Source of the DNA: a virus
IMG/VR virus record: IMGVR_UViG_3300024358_000010
Reading direction: 5' to 3' (one strand)
Length of the DNA stretch: 64,000 nucleotides
This document shows positions 49,652-59,165 of this stretch, one piece after another. The stretch's first letter is position 1. Every line of letters starts with the position of its first letter. Both the position numbers and the translations under genes were made by a program. A model generated the notes under the pieces. It saw only the letters and a list, made by a program, of their open reading frames with translations, was not told the DNA's origin and did not search any database.

Positions 49652-50473
49652 ATGATAAAGCATATCGCGGTCGTTGAGGGGTTTGAGAACTGGAACCAGT
49701 GGTACCAAGAGGGGCGAGTTGAGCTGACTAGCCTGACCTACGAAGGCGCCTTCCACCCCAACCAGGGCGTGGTACTCAAAGGCGGCGGGGCTAAGGATCA
49801 TGGTCTAGTCAAAGGTGACTACGTAGTACGAGTCGCTCAGTACTTCCCTTCCGGGGTCTCGCCTAAAAACACCGAGCAGACAATCGCGCTCGGTCTGCTT
49901 AACGATCCAGGCGTCCCACTCACCATACTCAGCGGGGTCGCAGGATCTGGTAAGACGATGCTGGCGTGCGCCCACGCTCTTGAGCGATTGGACCGCAGGA
50001 ATGACAATATCACCAAGATTGTCATCGCCAAGAGCATGACGCCGGTTGGCCGCGAGATCGGGTTCTTGCCCGGCGACATGCAAGAGAAGGTGCTGCCCTG
50101 GCTCGGTCCGTACCTAGACAATTTTATCAACTGCGGTTACGAACCGTATCGCATTGAGAAAATGATTGAAGAAGGCGTGCTTGAAATTACCCCAGTTACT
50201 TTTATTCAAGGCCGTTCAATTACCAATGCTGTCATCCTTATCGACGAGGTCCAGAACTTGGACATCAACGTTATTAAGCAGATCGTGACGCGCGCTGCTG
50301 CTGGTACGCAGATCATCTTGCTTGGCGATCAGACCCAGGTGTTTGAGCGACTCAACGGAAAGTCTATCGACTATCTTCTGCAAAAGGGTAAGTCGTCGCC
50401 GCTAGTTGGATCTATCCACCTGGAGAAGACCTTGAGATCACCGATCGCTGACTGGGCTGTCCACAATCTTTAG
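49652..50473 (+). CDS. phoH: PhoH-like ATPase
   Basis: GVAGSGKT Walker A, IGFLPGDMQEK, QGRSI, IDEVQN, LLGDQTQ. Confidence 0.95.
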   Translation: MIKHIAVVEGFENWNQWYQEGRVELTSLTYEGAFHPNQGVVLKGGGAKDHGLVKGDYVVRVAQYFPSGVSPKNTEQTIALGLLNDPGVPLTILSGVAGSGKTMLACAHALERLDRRNDNITKIVIAKSMTPVGREIGFLPGDMQEKVLPWLGPYLDNFINCGYEPYRIEKMIEEGVLEITPVTFIQGRSITNAVILIDEVQNLDINVIKQIVTRAAAGTQIILLGDQTQVFERLNGKSIDYLLQKGKSSPLVGSIHLEKTLRSPIADWAVHNL

Positions 50474-50503
50474 ACATGATAAAATTGCTTAGGAGGAATT
50501 GTC

Positions 50504-51589
50504 ATGACGCTTCTAAGCGATAAGTTAAAAAGACGCATTGTCATTGCCGTAACTAGTGAAAAGTACGGCAAAGAGCTTATCGATGCTATTGAGGGCATAC
50601 ATGAAGCTGTCGACACAGTGTTTGAAGGCATCGAACAACCTGTTGGTCTTAAAACCCCTAGCGCAGTTGGTCTGTCGGTTAACGATGCAAGCCGCACACT
50701 GACATTGACTCCGCTAACTGGCTCATATACGTACTACGTTGCTGGCAAAGAGATTGAGATTAAGTCAACACTGACAGCTCAGTGGTCAGCTGCGCACGGA
50801 CCGAATTACTTCTATCTAGACGAGAACAGCGAACTAAAGGTCGCGCAAACCTTTATGGAAGACATCATAACCAAGTACGCATTTGTGTCGATCGTGTACT
50901 GGGATCCGACCGCCGGCAAGCACATCTACTTTGCCAACGAGCGCCACGGCATACACATGGGCGATTACACCCATCTGTATCTGCACAGGACTCGCGGTGC
51001 TGCATTTGACTTCGGCTGTAAATTAGTAAATTTTGTAGTCGACGGCTCTGGATCCTTAGCAACAGAAGCGCAGTTCGCAGCACAATCCGGCCAAATCTGG
51101 GATGAGGATATTAAGCTCCCAATATCAGCACAAACAACGTTTCCAATCTTTTATCGCTCTGGTGCTACAAATTGGAAGCGCAAAGATCCAGATGCTTATC
51201 CAGTAATTTATTCTGGAAAAGAAGGCTATGCGGGAACAACGCTTCCGTATAATAGTTTTGACGGCACCAACTGGACTTTAACGCCGGTCGACGCAAATAA
51301 ATTCGTTCTGGTTCACGTGTTTGCTACTAATGATATCGACTATCCGTATGTTGGCATTCAGGGCCAAGCACAGTATACTTCAAAGTCCGAAGCTCGCGAC
51401 GGGGCGGTTGCCGAGATTAAAGCGCTGTCTGGTTTGCCTGTAGCAGAGTTCTGTCCTGTTGGTTCTGTTATCTTTCAAACCTCCGCCGCATACACCAACG
51501 CGCCGAAGGCAAAAATCGTGTCAACTTCAACCGGCGCTAACTACGAAGATCACCGAGCGACACTGCTACGGCCGGGCTCGCTGGCATAA
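50504..51589 (+). CDS. Virion fibre/decoration-like protein outside the structural module
   Basis: Beta-rich Thr/Gly/Tyr composition; own TGATAAAAT element and AGGAGG RBS. Confidence 0.45.
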   Translation: MTLLSDKLKRRIVIAVTSEKYGKELIDAIEGIHEAVDTVFEGIEQPVGLKTPSAVGLSVNDASRTLTLTPLTGSYTYYVAGKEIEIKSTLTAQWSAAHGPNYFYLDENSELKVAQTFMEDIITKYAFVSIVYWDPTAGKHIYFANERHGIHMGDYTHLYLHRTRGAAFDFGCKLVNFVVDGSGSLATEAQFAAQSGQIWDEDIKLPISAQTTFPIFYRSGATNWKRKDPDAYPVIYSGKEGYAGTTLPYNSFDGTNWTLTPVDANKFVLVHVFATNDIDYPYVGIQGQAQYTSKSEARDGAVAEIKALSGLPVAEFCPVGSVIFQTSAAYTNAPKAKIVSTSTGANYEDHRATLLRPGSLA

Positions 51590-51628
51590 ATCCGAATCAA
51601 ATCTTCCCATGTAATATGGGGAGGTTTT

Positions 51629-52012
51629 ATGCACGGCATCAACAATATCGTGCTCAATGAAATATGCTGGATCGTGCAGCAGCGAAACGAGTGGGCAAAG
51701 CGCCGTCAACACTACCGCAATAAGTTTCGCCGCATCTTGAAGATGTCGCCCGCTGAGCAAATGCAGCTTCATACAGATTATAAAACCGTAAACGCAGAGA
51801 GCGCAAAGCTCAACAAATACACGAAGCGACTCAAATCTCTTCTTAAGAGGGTAGACGCCCGCCTTGGCTCAGACCATAATGCAGGGTATGCTCGCATTGT
51901 ATTTAACCCAACCCCGGACTCAATAGAGATCATCCATCGCGATGAGATCGCTGTCCGCGCTAAAGATTACGAAGTTGATCTGTATATGACCAATTTCTTC
52001 AAAGGTGCATGA
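51629..52012 (+). CDS. Hypothetical basic protein
   Basis: Promoter-like motif and GGAGGT RBS. Confidence 0.7.
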   Translation: MHGINNIVLNEICWIVQQRNEWAKRRQHYRNKFRRILKMSPAEQMQLHTDYKTVNAESAKLNKYTKRLKSLLKRVDARLGSDHNAGYARIVFNPTPDSIEIIHRDEIAVRAKDYEVDLYMTNFFKGA

Positions 52013-52051
52013 AGCGCTTCCGAATCAATTTATTCCTCAATGGAGGTTCTT

Positions 52052-52666
52052 ATGACAAACAAATATGTTATTTTAGCCGCACTGTGCAGTGCAGGAACGT
52101 CATATGCGTACGACGACCACGCGTCTTGGTCCCAGAGCAGAGGCTCATACAGCGGATCTTACCAGTACATCACAGAAACAGAAGCTTGGCAGTCAAACGC
52201 TACTCTCTTATCAAAAGACCCTTACGGCAAGGAAACCGTCATGTCCACCCCGTACAAAGGGTTGGGTTTCCGCGTCGGAGTTGGAACTGAGTTAGCCAGG
52301 TTCGTGCGGTTCACTGCGTACTCATCTTCGCGCGATCTGTCTAATTCGCTTACCGACTCATTAAGATCCTACCAAATCGGTGGCGAAACCGCAGTGTCTT
52401 TCTACGGTCCCGTACTTAATCTCCAGTTTGGGTTAGGTCTGTTTGCAAGCAGGCAGCACCAGCAGAAACCCAACGAGGGACGAACGTTTATTGGCTCAGG
52501 TTTCACAGGGTCGGTTGGTTTTGAAAAGTTTATTTCACAGAAAGCATCTGTAATGTTTACCGTGCGGGGTCAGCAAGAAACGCTTAGACCTGATGAAAGC
52601 GAGTCCCGCGACGTGCTCGGCGTATCGTCCACCGGCGCCGCTTTCGCTCTTGTCCTCTGGATGTAA
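52052..52666 (+). CDS. Outer-membrane beta-barrel-like protein
   Basis: Signal peptide, alternating amphipathic strands (GLGFRVGVG, LNLQFGLGLF, FTGSVGFEKF) and a hydrophobic terminal strand. Confidence 0.65.
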   Translation: MTNKYVILAALCSAGTSYAYDDHASWSQSRGSYSGSYQYITETEAWQSNATLLSKDPYGKETVMSTPYKGLGFRVGVGTELARFVRFTAYSSSRDLSNSLTDSLRSYQIGGETAVSFYGPVLNLQFGLGLFASRQHQQKPNEGRTFIGSGFTGSVGFEKFISQKASVMFTVRGQQETLRPDESESRDVLGVSSTGAAFALVLWM

Positions 52667-52675
52667 GGGGTGTTT

Positions 52676-53131
52676 ATGAGTTTCAAATGGGTAAACTGCC
52701 GAAAACAATTTGAGAAGTCAAATCTCACGTTCTGTCCAGAAACCGGTCGTGGACACTCATACGGATGGTACCGTATTGTAGACAGGATTGGTGACAAAAT
52801 CGTGCTAAATACCTATAACTACTCTAGAACAACTGTCGGCCATATTGGCGACATAAAAGCTCTTCTTCGCAGTCTTGAAATAAAGATAGATGTCGAGATT
52901 GAGGCGCCACATGGGTTGTCTAACCACGCTTCAATACAAAGACACTATGCGTCCATGATAGACGCCCATAAAGCGAAAATGGCCGCAAAAGGCTCGCGCA
53001 GTTCTAAAAATCAAGAACGGCAGAAGATCATCGGGTGGCTTAATCAAGAGTTGGCGCGCTATAACGAGGTTTACGCCGGGCATCTCTTTGAGAAAGAGAT
53101 ATCAAACCTTTTATCTGAGGAGGCGGTATGA
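52676..53131 (+). CDS. Hypothetical protein
   Basis: SYGWY...YNYSRTTVGH; GGGGTG RBS. Confidence 0.7.
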   Translation: MSFKWVNCRKQFEKSNLTFCPETGRGHSYGWYRIVDRIGDKIVLNTYNYSRTTVGHIGDIKALLRSLEIKIDVEIEAPHGLSNHASIQRHYASMIDAHKAKMAAKGSRSSKNQERQKIIGWLNQELARYNEVYAGHLFEKEISNLLSEEAV

Positions 53132-53247
53132 CGATCGATACGTTTCTCGCCATAGTTGGGTTCTGTCTGCTTCCACTGGTAGTCTCGTTCCTTTTCATCG
53201 CCAAGGGTTGAATCCGAATCAAATATTCCTCATGAATGGAGGGCAGT

Positions 53248-53717
53248 ATGAGATACGTGTATAAAGTATGGTCTGATAATTTTGACGGTGATTTTTTATC
53301 AGTCGAAGCATATGAGGAAGCTATGCTTCACATGAGCGCGGCTGATTACGTTTTGCATAGGTCTCGTATGGTACGCTCTAATGACATCCCGTCCCGAGCG
53401 GATATTCTTTGCTACGATTTGCGCGAGGACGCGTGGTTCACGGTTTTAATTGAGGAGATGAGCGCATGAGCACGAAAGAAATTGTCTCTCTTAAAGACAC
53501 AGTTTTCCTTGGTTCCTTCCTGGACGAAGACGTGAAATACTTCTTTTACGAGGCGAAAGTCGCAGAATCTGCGTCCGACGCCGACATCGCAAACTTTCTT
53601 AAACTTAGGTATCAAAAATACGGTGACGTGATTTTTCAAAGAAAACCGGCCGAAGATAACCGCGTACTTTTTACTTTGATGGAAGCCGTGCCCAGATCGC
53701 TTTTTGAAGTTAACTAA
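53248..53717 (+). other. Two coupled hypothetical ORFs (53248-53469, 53466-53717)
   Basis: GGAGG and GAGGAG RBSs; ATGA overlap. Confidence 0.65.
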
Positions 53718-53727
53718 CGGAGTAGAC

Positions 53728-53925
53728 ATGAGCAACATCGTCAGCTTTTCTGACTTTAAAAAGAAACGTCAAAAAGATCCAGATTTTAAAGTCGAGCTTA
53801 ACAAGAAAAAAGTAAAAGATATCCAAGAGTCTCTCAGGAGAATTAACGATCTCATGAGGGAGATAAAGGCAGACGCACGTCGTCAGATTGATGCCTTGGA
53901 TAATAAAGGTAAAAAAGATGTTTAG
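53728..53925 (+). CDS. Small coiled-coil protein with N-terminal NIVSFSDFKKK
   Basis: GGAG RBS. Confidence 0.65.
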   Translation: MSNIVSFSDFKKKRQKDPDFKVELNKKKVKDIQESLRRINDLMREIKADARRQIDALDNKGKKDV

Positions 53926-54449
53926 CGACAACAGGATCGTTATCGTTGCTGTTTTATGTGTTCTGGTGTTCTTTGGCACGGTTTTTGGATTTTATCGCTT
54001 AGTCAAGCCTCTGGTCGAAGTTGAGAAGAAACTTGAGCCAATCGAATGCCAGCAGGCCTACGCTAAAGCAAAAGCTTGCATTGAGATGGAGTCGCGATAT
54101 CCAGAAAGGTTCAAGTATAACCCGTAGTGATGCGGGTTTTACATGAAAAACTTTGATAAGTACATAATTATTCTAATGTTTGCTGATTACACTGTGACAA
54201 TTGCGCAGTTAGTTTTTGGTAAACTTGTACCCCTTGAAAGGTACAGAGGGCGCCCAATATACGGCAGGTGGGTGTATGATTTTGGATTTGTGTTCTCGGT
54301 GGATGAGCCTTTCCATATACATTACAACCCGATGTATTTCATCACGATCGAGTCTGCAAGGCGATTCATAGACTCAGACGAAAAGCAGCAATTTGAATTC
54401 GAGTGCAGAAAACTGACTAAAGTCATGAAAAGAATGAAAGTTGTAAAAA

Positions 54450-54719
54450 GTGAATATTACCGCTAAAATCCTGTTCACCTCCATGCTAATTGCGGCAGGA
54501 TGCGCGCACCAAGAGCCGCACCGACCAGCGGTAAACACTTTTACCTGCCCGAGGCCTGCAATTAAAACATTAAAAGAAGCCTGGTCGAAGGAAGACGAGA
54601 GCATGATCCCTCATTTTAACGAGGGTTGCGCGAGGCATTTCACAAAGGACCACTGCCCTGTAAGGGTTTTGAAATCAAAAAAGTTGTCATATCGAGTGAC
54701 GTGCAAGAAAGTCAGGTAA
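54450..54719 (+). CDS. Putative Cys-rich lipoprotein
   Basis: LIAAG-C lipobox plus four further Cys. Confidence 0.6.
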   Translation: MNITAKILFTSMLIAAGCAHQEPHRPAVNTFTCPRPAIKTLKEAWSKEDESMIPHFNEGCARHFTKDHCPVRVLKSKKLSYRVTCKKVR

Positions 54720-54925
54720 ATGTTCACAGATCTCATACACAACTCCTCTCTCACCGAGAAAATCAGACTTTTCGCTTGGTTTGTGTTGGCTGTCTATATG
54801 CTCGCTAAGTTCTCCTTCTGGATCTTTGATATCCGAAACAATTCATTAATAGAAAATTCATGCCGTCTTGGGGGCGGTACGAAAACACAAATGTTCGTGG
54901 TAGTCGACGGCGAGGTAATAGATAT

Positions 54926-55489
54926 ATGTTTAAGACATTAACGATTGTGTCTGCATTTTTATTGACCGCCTGCGGCGCGGAGGAAACTCTCCACGTTTCC
55001 CGCGGTCAGCGAGACATATCGTTTGACCGCCACCTAGAGTCGGCAGTGGATGCGCCAATCAGACCGCATCTCGTTGAGTTTGTTGAGTTCTGCAAACTTT
55101 CCAGCCAGAGCGATTCCGATACTTGCCTGGCAAACCTTCCAAAACTTAAAAACGTGCGCCTTAAATCAGGCGTGCTCGACCCAGCAAATCCGACCGTGAT
55201 CGGCCTGTGTGAGATGGCCATAGACAGAACCGTAACTATACGGTCTGACTTCTTTGACCACAGATCGATAGCTTTTAAAGCGCTAGTCTGGCATGAGCTC
55301 GGTCACTGTTTATTAGACCTCGACCACATTGACGGTACAAATAATCACATAATGAACGCGAACCTACCGTCAAGTAAAGTACTACAGTCGTCTTGGGAAA
55401 TCTTTATCAAAGATTTCTTTGAATCAAAAGTAAAATTATCTCTGCTTGGCTTTTTGGTATCTGACTCTTTCGAGGAAATTCATGAGTGA
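54926..55489 (+). CDS. Lipoprotein zinc metalloprotease (metzincin-like)
   Basis: LLTA-C lipobox; HELGHCLLDLDH zinc motif; IMN Met-turn. Confidence 0.8.
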   Translation: MFKTLTIVSAFLLTACGAEETLHVSRGQRDISFDRHLESAVDAPIRPHLVEFVEFCKLSSQSDSDTCLANLPKLKNVRLKSGVLDPANPTVIGLCEMAIDRTVTIRSDFFDHRSIAFKALVWHELGHCLLDLDHIDGTNNHIMNANLPSSKVLQSSWEIFIKDFFESKVKLSLLGFLVSDSFEEIHE

Positions 55490-55784
55490 TGATGCGCCTG
55501 ATCTGAGAGTTGAACGCGTAAAATCTGCACTTAACTCAACGGTGGGGCGTTTTTGCTTCACAACCGCAGTAACCCTGGCGGCAACTTTCCTGATGAAAGA
55601 GTCTCTTGAAAAAGAACCTAACGCATTGAAATGGTTATTGATTACGATATGGGTCGACGTTGCAGCGTACTTTTTCGGATACATGAACGGATACAAAGGC
55701 GGAGTTTTTGGACTGTATGACGCCCTTGTCGATTCTAGCAAAAATGATATAATAGGCGGTAAGGGAGACCGCCATGAAGAGTAA
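55482..55784 (+). CDS. Membrane protein
   Basis: Two hydrophobic segments. Confidence 0.55.
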   Translation: MSDDAPDLRVERVKSALNSTVGRFCFTTAVTLAATFLMKESLEKEPNALKWLLITIWVDVAAYFFGYMNGYKGGVFGLYDALVDSSKNDIIGGKGDRHEE

Positions 55785-55995
55785 ACTATCGTTTATACTA
55801 ACGCTTATATCCGTTATTGGTATATTTATCCTCGCGTGGTTCAAGAACATCGATATTCAAATGCTTTTACCATCGGTTCTCGGCATATACATTATCGGAA
55901 GAACCACGACGAACGTTTCTACAGCTTGGGCTGCATCCAAGGACCCTCAGGCAGACACAATCAAAGCCTGTGAGATGATTGATAAAAAAGAATAG
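55774..55995 (+). CDS. Two-TM membrane protein, holin-like
   Basis: 73 aa, two TM helices, charged C-terminus. Confidence 0.45.
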   Translation: MKSKLSFILTLISVIGIFILAWFKNIDIQMLLPSVLGIYIIGRTTTNVSTAWAASKDPQADTIKACEMIDKKE

Positions 55996-56212
55996 GTGAG
56001 GATAAAGATGATTTTCTTCTTCTTTGTCGGCGTCGGCCTGGTTGTGGTGCCGTCTCTGATTTATTGTCTGATGTCTGATGCGTCTCATGGCGGATATATT
56101 GCTGCAAATTACAGCAGAATGCAGTCTGTGCACGAGACTCAGAAAATATCTCAAATGCTGAAGCAACATATGTTCAATTCAACATTTGGCATATACCACT
56201 CAGGAGATAGAC

Positions 56213-56500
56213 ATGTATCAGATCAGATACAAAGACCCCATGACAGGAACAATCCTGGAAACTCAGGCCCATTCACTAACTGATGCAGTAACTGCAATTC
56301 AGAAAGCTAAAGACGATCTTTATTATCGCGGCCACTCCTTGCAGAAAAGCGAAGATCTTTCGACTCAAACTTCTGAAGATTCTGCCTCCGAGCAAGAACC
56401 GTCTTTAAACGAAGATGATTCAGTCGAGGATGACGATCACGCAGAAGACGATCAAGATTTAGACGAATTTCTATATCCGTATGGAGTTACCTTATGGTAA
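56213..56500 (+). CDS. Hypothetical protein with acidic tail
   Basis: AGGAG RBS. Confidence 0.6.
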   Translation: MYQIRYKDPMTGTILETQAHSLTDAVTAIQKAKDDLYYRGHSLQKSEDLSTQTSEDSASEQEPSLNEDDSVEDDDHAEDDQDLDEFLYPYGVTLW

Positions 56501-56931
56501 GGTCGATATTAGTTGCGACGCTGGTAGCGTCAGCCATAAAAGCTGAAGCGCGAGATCTCTATCTCCTAGAACCCAGAGATATCTACATTGACGCCTTTAA
56601 ATACGAGTCGATGCACGATCCGTATCTCGCGCCGATAGATAAAGATCTTCTTTACGGTGCGGCTTTTAACACGGATTTCAATGTCTTTCGCTACGGAAAC
56701 ATAGCTTTACATTGGAAAAATAGATTACATTTTGACCAGGTCGGATCAAGTGGGCACATAAAGCACGCTGGCTGGGAGTATGAACTTGGGTTGCCGCTCT
56801 GGATAGATAAGGGAAAGCCTAAAATAGAACTCTTCAAGCAGCACCATAGTCGACACGTTCTTGAAGAAGTTAGAGATACACACTTCCCTGTATACGACCG
56901 GATCGGCGTAAGAATAAGGTTGCTGCCGTGA
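56494..56931 (+). CDS. Secreted / OMP-like beta protein
   Basis: Signal peptide; GWEYELG, HHSRH and terminal IGVRIRL strand. Confidence 0.55.
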   Translation: MVRSILVATLVASAIKAEARDLYLLEPRDIYIDAFKYESMHDPYLAPIDKDLLYGAAFNTDFNVFRYGNIALHWKNRLHFDQVGSSGHIKHAGWEYELGLPLWIDKGKPKIELFKQHHSRHVLEEVRDTHFPVYDRIGVRIRLLP

Positions 56932-57568
56932 ATTCAAAACAAATTCAAGCGCTGTGTGACAGAATAAGTTTCTCACTTTTGTACGAGGATTATGACTCAT
57001 GCGACGGTGAGCACATCTTGCTCCTGATCGAGGAGGCTCGAGAGATGCTTTCTGAGCTTAGAATTTCGGATCAGAAAGTATAATCTTTATATCAATATCG
57101 GTGGTAAAGTGACCCCCTTCTGGAAAAATTTGGTGATATATGCCCGCATCATCGTGATGGAGCCGGACGATGGGGCATTTAACCATCTTCTTCAATTAAA
57201 GATGGTGAACCGCCAGGACTATTTGGTTTCATATACTGGCCCAATAGCTCTCGGCCAAGAAGGCCGTGAAGTCAGGTTGCGTCTGCAAGACGTCTCCTGC
57301 AAAGAGGTTATAGGATGCGAAGAGCATCCCACCATTGGTCCTATCGGATACCGCGCGTGGATTTGCGATGCGGAAAAAGCAACATTATTGGAGGATTGAC
57401 ATGAGTTCGATGATGGGTACGCCTTCTAAGAAATTTTCGTGGATCAAAAAAATGGATGCGAAGATCAAGAAATCTTTGTCGAAAGAAGACTCGACTTCAG
57501 ATGAGCCACGGCGCGTCAAGTCTGCGCCGTCTGAAGGCGTGGAAATTGTCCGTAAATCGGAGTAATAT

Positions 57569-57958
57569 ATGTCTTTTGAAGTCGTAAAAAATGGATTGTA
57601 TGTGACAGAAAAAGGCCATCTAGTGCGCATTTTGAGCACCGCAGACGGCTCAAAGCACAAATTATTTGATTTTGCGGTCGGATGGGTTACTGACTCTAAG
57701 ACTGGTGAGAAAAGAGTCTATCATTGTACTAGGGGCGGGGATGCTGGCGCTTTGTCTGTTGCAGACGGAAGCATAGTTGAACATGCAGTCAAAGGACTTG
57801 AGATTGAGACATACGCGGTTGTTGCCACCGGACTAGGTAAGTATCCCAAAGGATTTATCCTCAATCTCACAGACTCTCCAGATAAAACCGAAAACTCGTC
57901 AATGCTCAATGATAATCCAGGTCATTGGGCTATAGTAAAACTAACCGGAAAACTATAG
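57569..57958 (+). CDS. Hypothetical protein
   Basis: GGAG RBS; GLYVTEKGHLVRIL. Confidence 0.65.
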   Translation: MSFEVVKNGLYVTEKGHLVRILSTADGSKHKLFDFAVGWVTDSKTGEKRVYHCTRGGDAGALSVADGSIVEHAVKGLEIETYAVVATGLGKYPKGFILNLTDSPDKTENSSMLNDNPGHWAIVKLTGKL

Positions 57959-57967
57959 GTGATAAAG

Positions 57968-58261
57968 ATGCTTTCTCAAAAAGAGGCCGTATACCAGGCC
58001 ACGTTAGAAGTGCTAACTCAAGCAAACCTGAAAACTAACGGTCTTCCAGTTTCACAAGTCATTCCCAGAGAGCTTAGGAAAATGGTTACTAGCAAAGTGC
58101 TAGAGCTTGTCAAGCAGGGTCAGGTTACCTTTAAGGGCACGGCTTCCAACTCTATGAAACACAAAGATCCCAGTAGAATGTCTGCGTATGTTAGCGGGTT
58201 GGTTTCTAACCACTGGAAACGCGACCCAAGATTAAACGGATCTCAAGCAACAGAAAAATGA
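57968..58261 (+). CDS. Short member of the early paralogue family
   Basis: SQKEAVYQATLEVL...QGQVTFK...YVSGLVSNHWKRDPRLNG; lacks the C-terminal helical part. Confidence 0.8.
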   Translation: MLSQKEAVYQATLEVLTQANLKTNGLPVSQVIPRELRKMVTSKVLELVKQGQVTFKGTASNSMKHKDPSRMSAYVSGLVSNHWKRDPRLNGSQATEK

Positions 58262-58662
58262 GCAAGCATAAAATAGCAAAAGACTATGAGAGTTCTGTAC
58301 GAGAATTGTATGAGTCTTTTCCAATTGTAATGCGCACGCGACCCTACATCTCTGTTGATGTAGGGTGGCATTCTCTTATAGAAGACTTGTGTTTTGGCTT
58401 AGAGAAGCTTTGTGAAAACGAAATACAAAATAACGATAATCTTCCATACATAAACGATATGAAAGAGAAGTATGGATCTTTGTCCATATCAGTTTACGGC
58501 GTATTGCTGAACGATGAGCTCGGCGAGAAAATGTGGAAATTGATCGACGAGTGCGAAGAATTGTCATCTAGGACTTGTGAAGAATGCGGTAGACCCGGTA
58601 GTCCTACGCAACGCGGCTGGATTAAAACCTTATGCAAGGAGCACAACCATGAACGAAAATAA
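58258..58662 (+). CDS. Phage hypothetical protein with C-terminal Zn ribbon
   Basis: GWHSLI, KEKYGSL, CEECGRPG..GWIKTLCKEH. Confidence 0.7.
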   Translation: MSKHKIAKDYESSVRELYESFPIVMRTRPYISVDVGWHSLIEDLCFGLEKLCENEIQNNDNLPYINDMKEKYGSLSISVYGVLLNDELGEKMWKLIDECEELSSRTCEECGRPGSPTQRGWIKTLCKEHNHERK

Positions 58663-58840
58663 AGTTATTAGTATCTTTTCGAAGCGAAATGCAGAAGATG
58701 AAGAGAATAAATCCGACAAGGCCATAGATCTCGAAGAAGTGCAAAAGGCTAACGCAGCAAAAGCAGAGCGGCTATCCCAAGAGAGAAAGCAGCACAACAG
58801 ACGAGTTAAAAACGAGTACAAGTTGTCGCCTAAAAAGTAA
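58649..58840 (+). CDS. Small charged protein
   Basis: AAGGAG RBS before MNENKVISIF. Confidence 0.65.
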   Translation: MNENKVISIFSKRNAEDEENKSDKAIDLEEVQKANAAKAERLSQERKQHNRRVKNEYKLSPKK

Positions 58841-58843
58841 ACT

Positions 58844-58867
58844 AAACCCACCTAAACGTGGGTTTTT
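58844..58867. terminator. Terminator between convergent genes, probably bidirectional
   Basis: AAACCCAC-ctaaac-GTGGGTTTTT. Confidence 0.7.
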
Positions 58868-59132
58868 AAAGTATCTTGCCCGGTGCTACAGTTGCACCGG
58901 TTTGTGCCGCAGCAGATCCAGCAGTCGTAACAGGTATGCCTGGTGCAACCTCTGCTTGAGTCTGAATTGCTTCAATGATTACTCCAGCGATCTCAGCGGC
59001 AATTTTTGCTTGCTTCTGCCAGCTTTGGATGGCCTCTGGATTATTGGCCTGTAGATCGCCAAACTCGCGTTGATAAGCTGCAAGAACCTTGGCTTCTACA
59101 AGTTTTTTAATTACTGGCGCTACTAGTGCCAT
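58866..59132 (-). CDS. Small protein, possible spike-tip-like virion component
   Basis: C-terminal VAPGIPVTTAGSAAAQTGATVAPGKI. Confidence 0.45.
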   Translation of the reverse strand: MALVAPVIKKLVEAKVLAAYQREFGDLQANNPEAIQSWQKQAKIAAEIAGVIIEAIQTQAEVAPGIPVTTAGSAAAQTGATVAPGKIL

Positions 59133-59165
59133 ATTGGGCCCCACTCTAATCGTTAAAATTTATAC

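Noticed and set aside
37060-53230. Complete sigma28 promoters (TAAA-N15-GCCGATAA)
   Set aside because: A correctly spaced -35-like element was seen only upstream of 52020, so a full FliA consensus is not supported.
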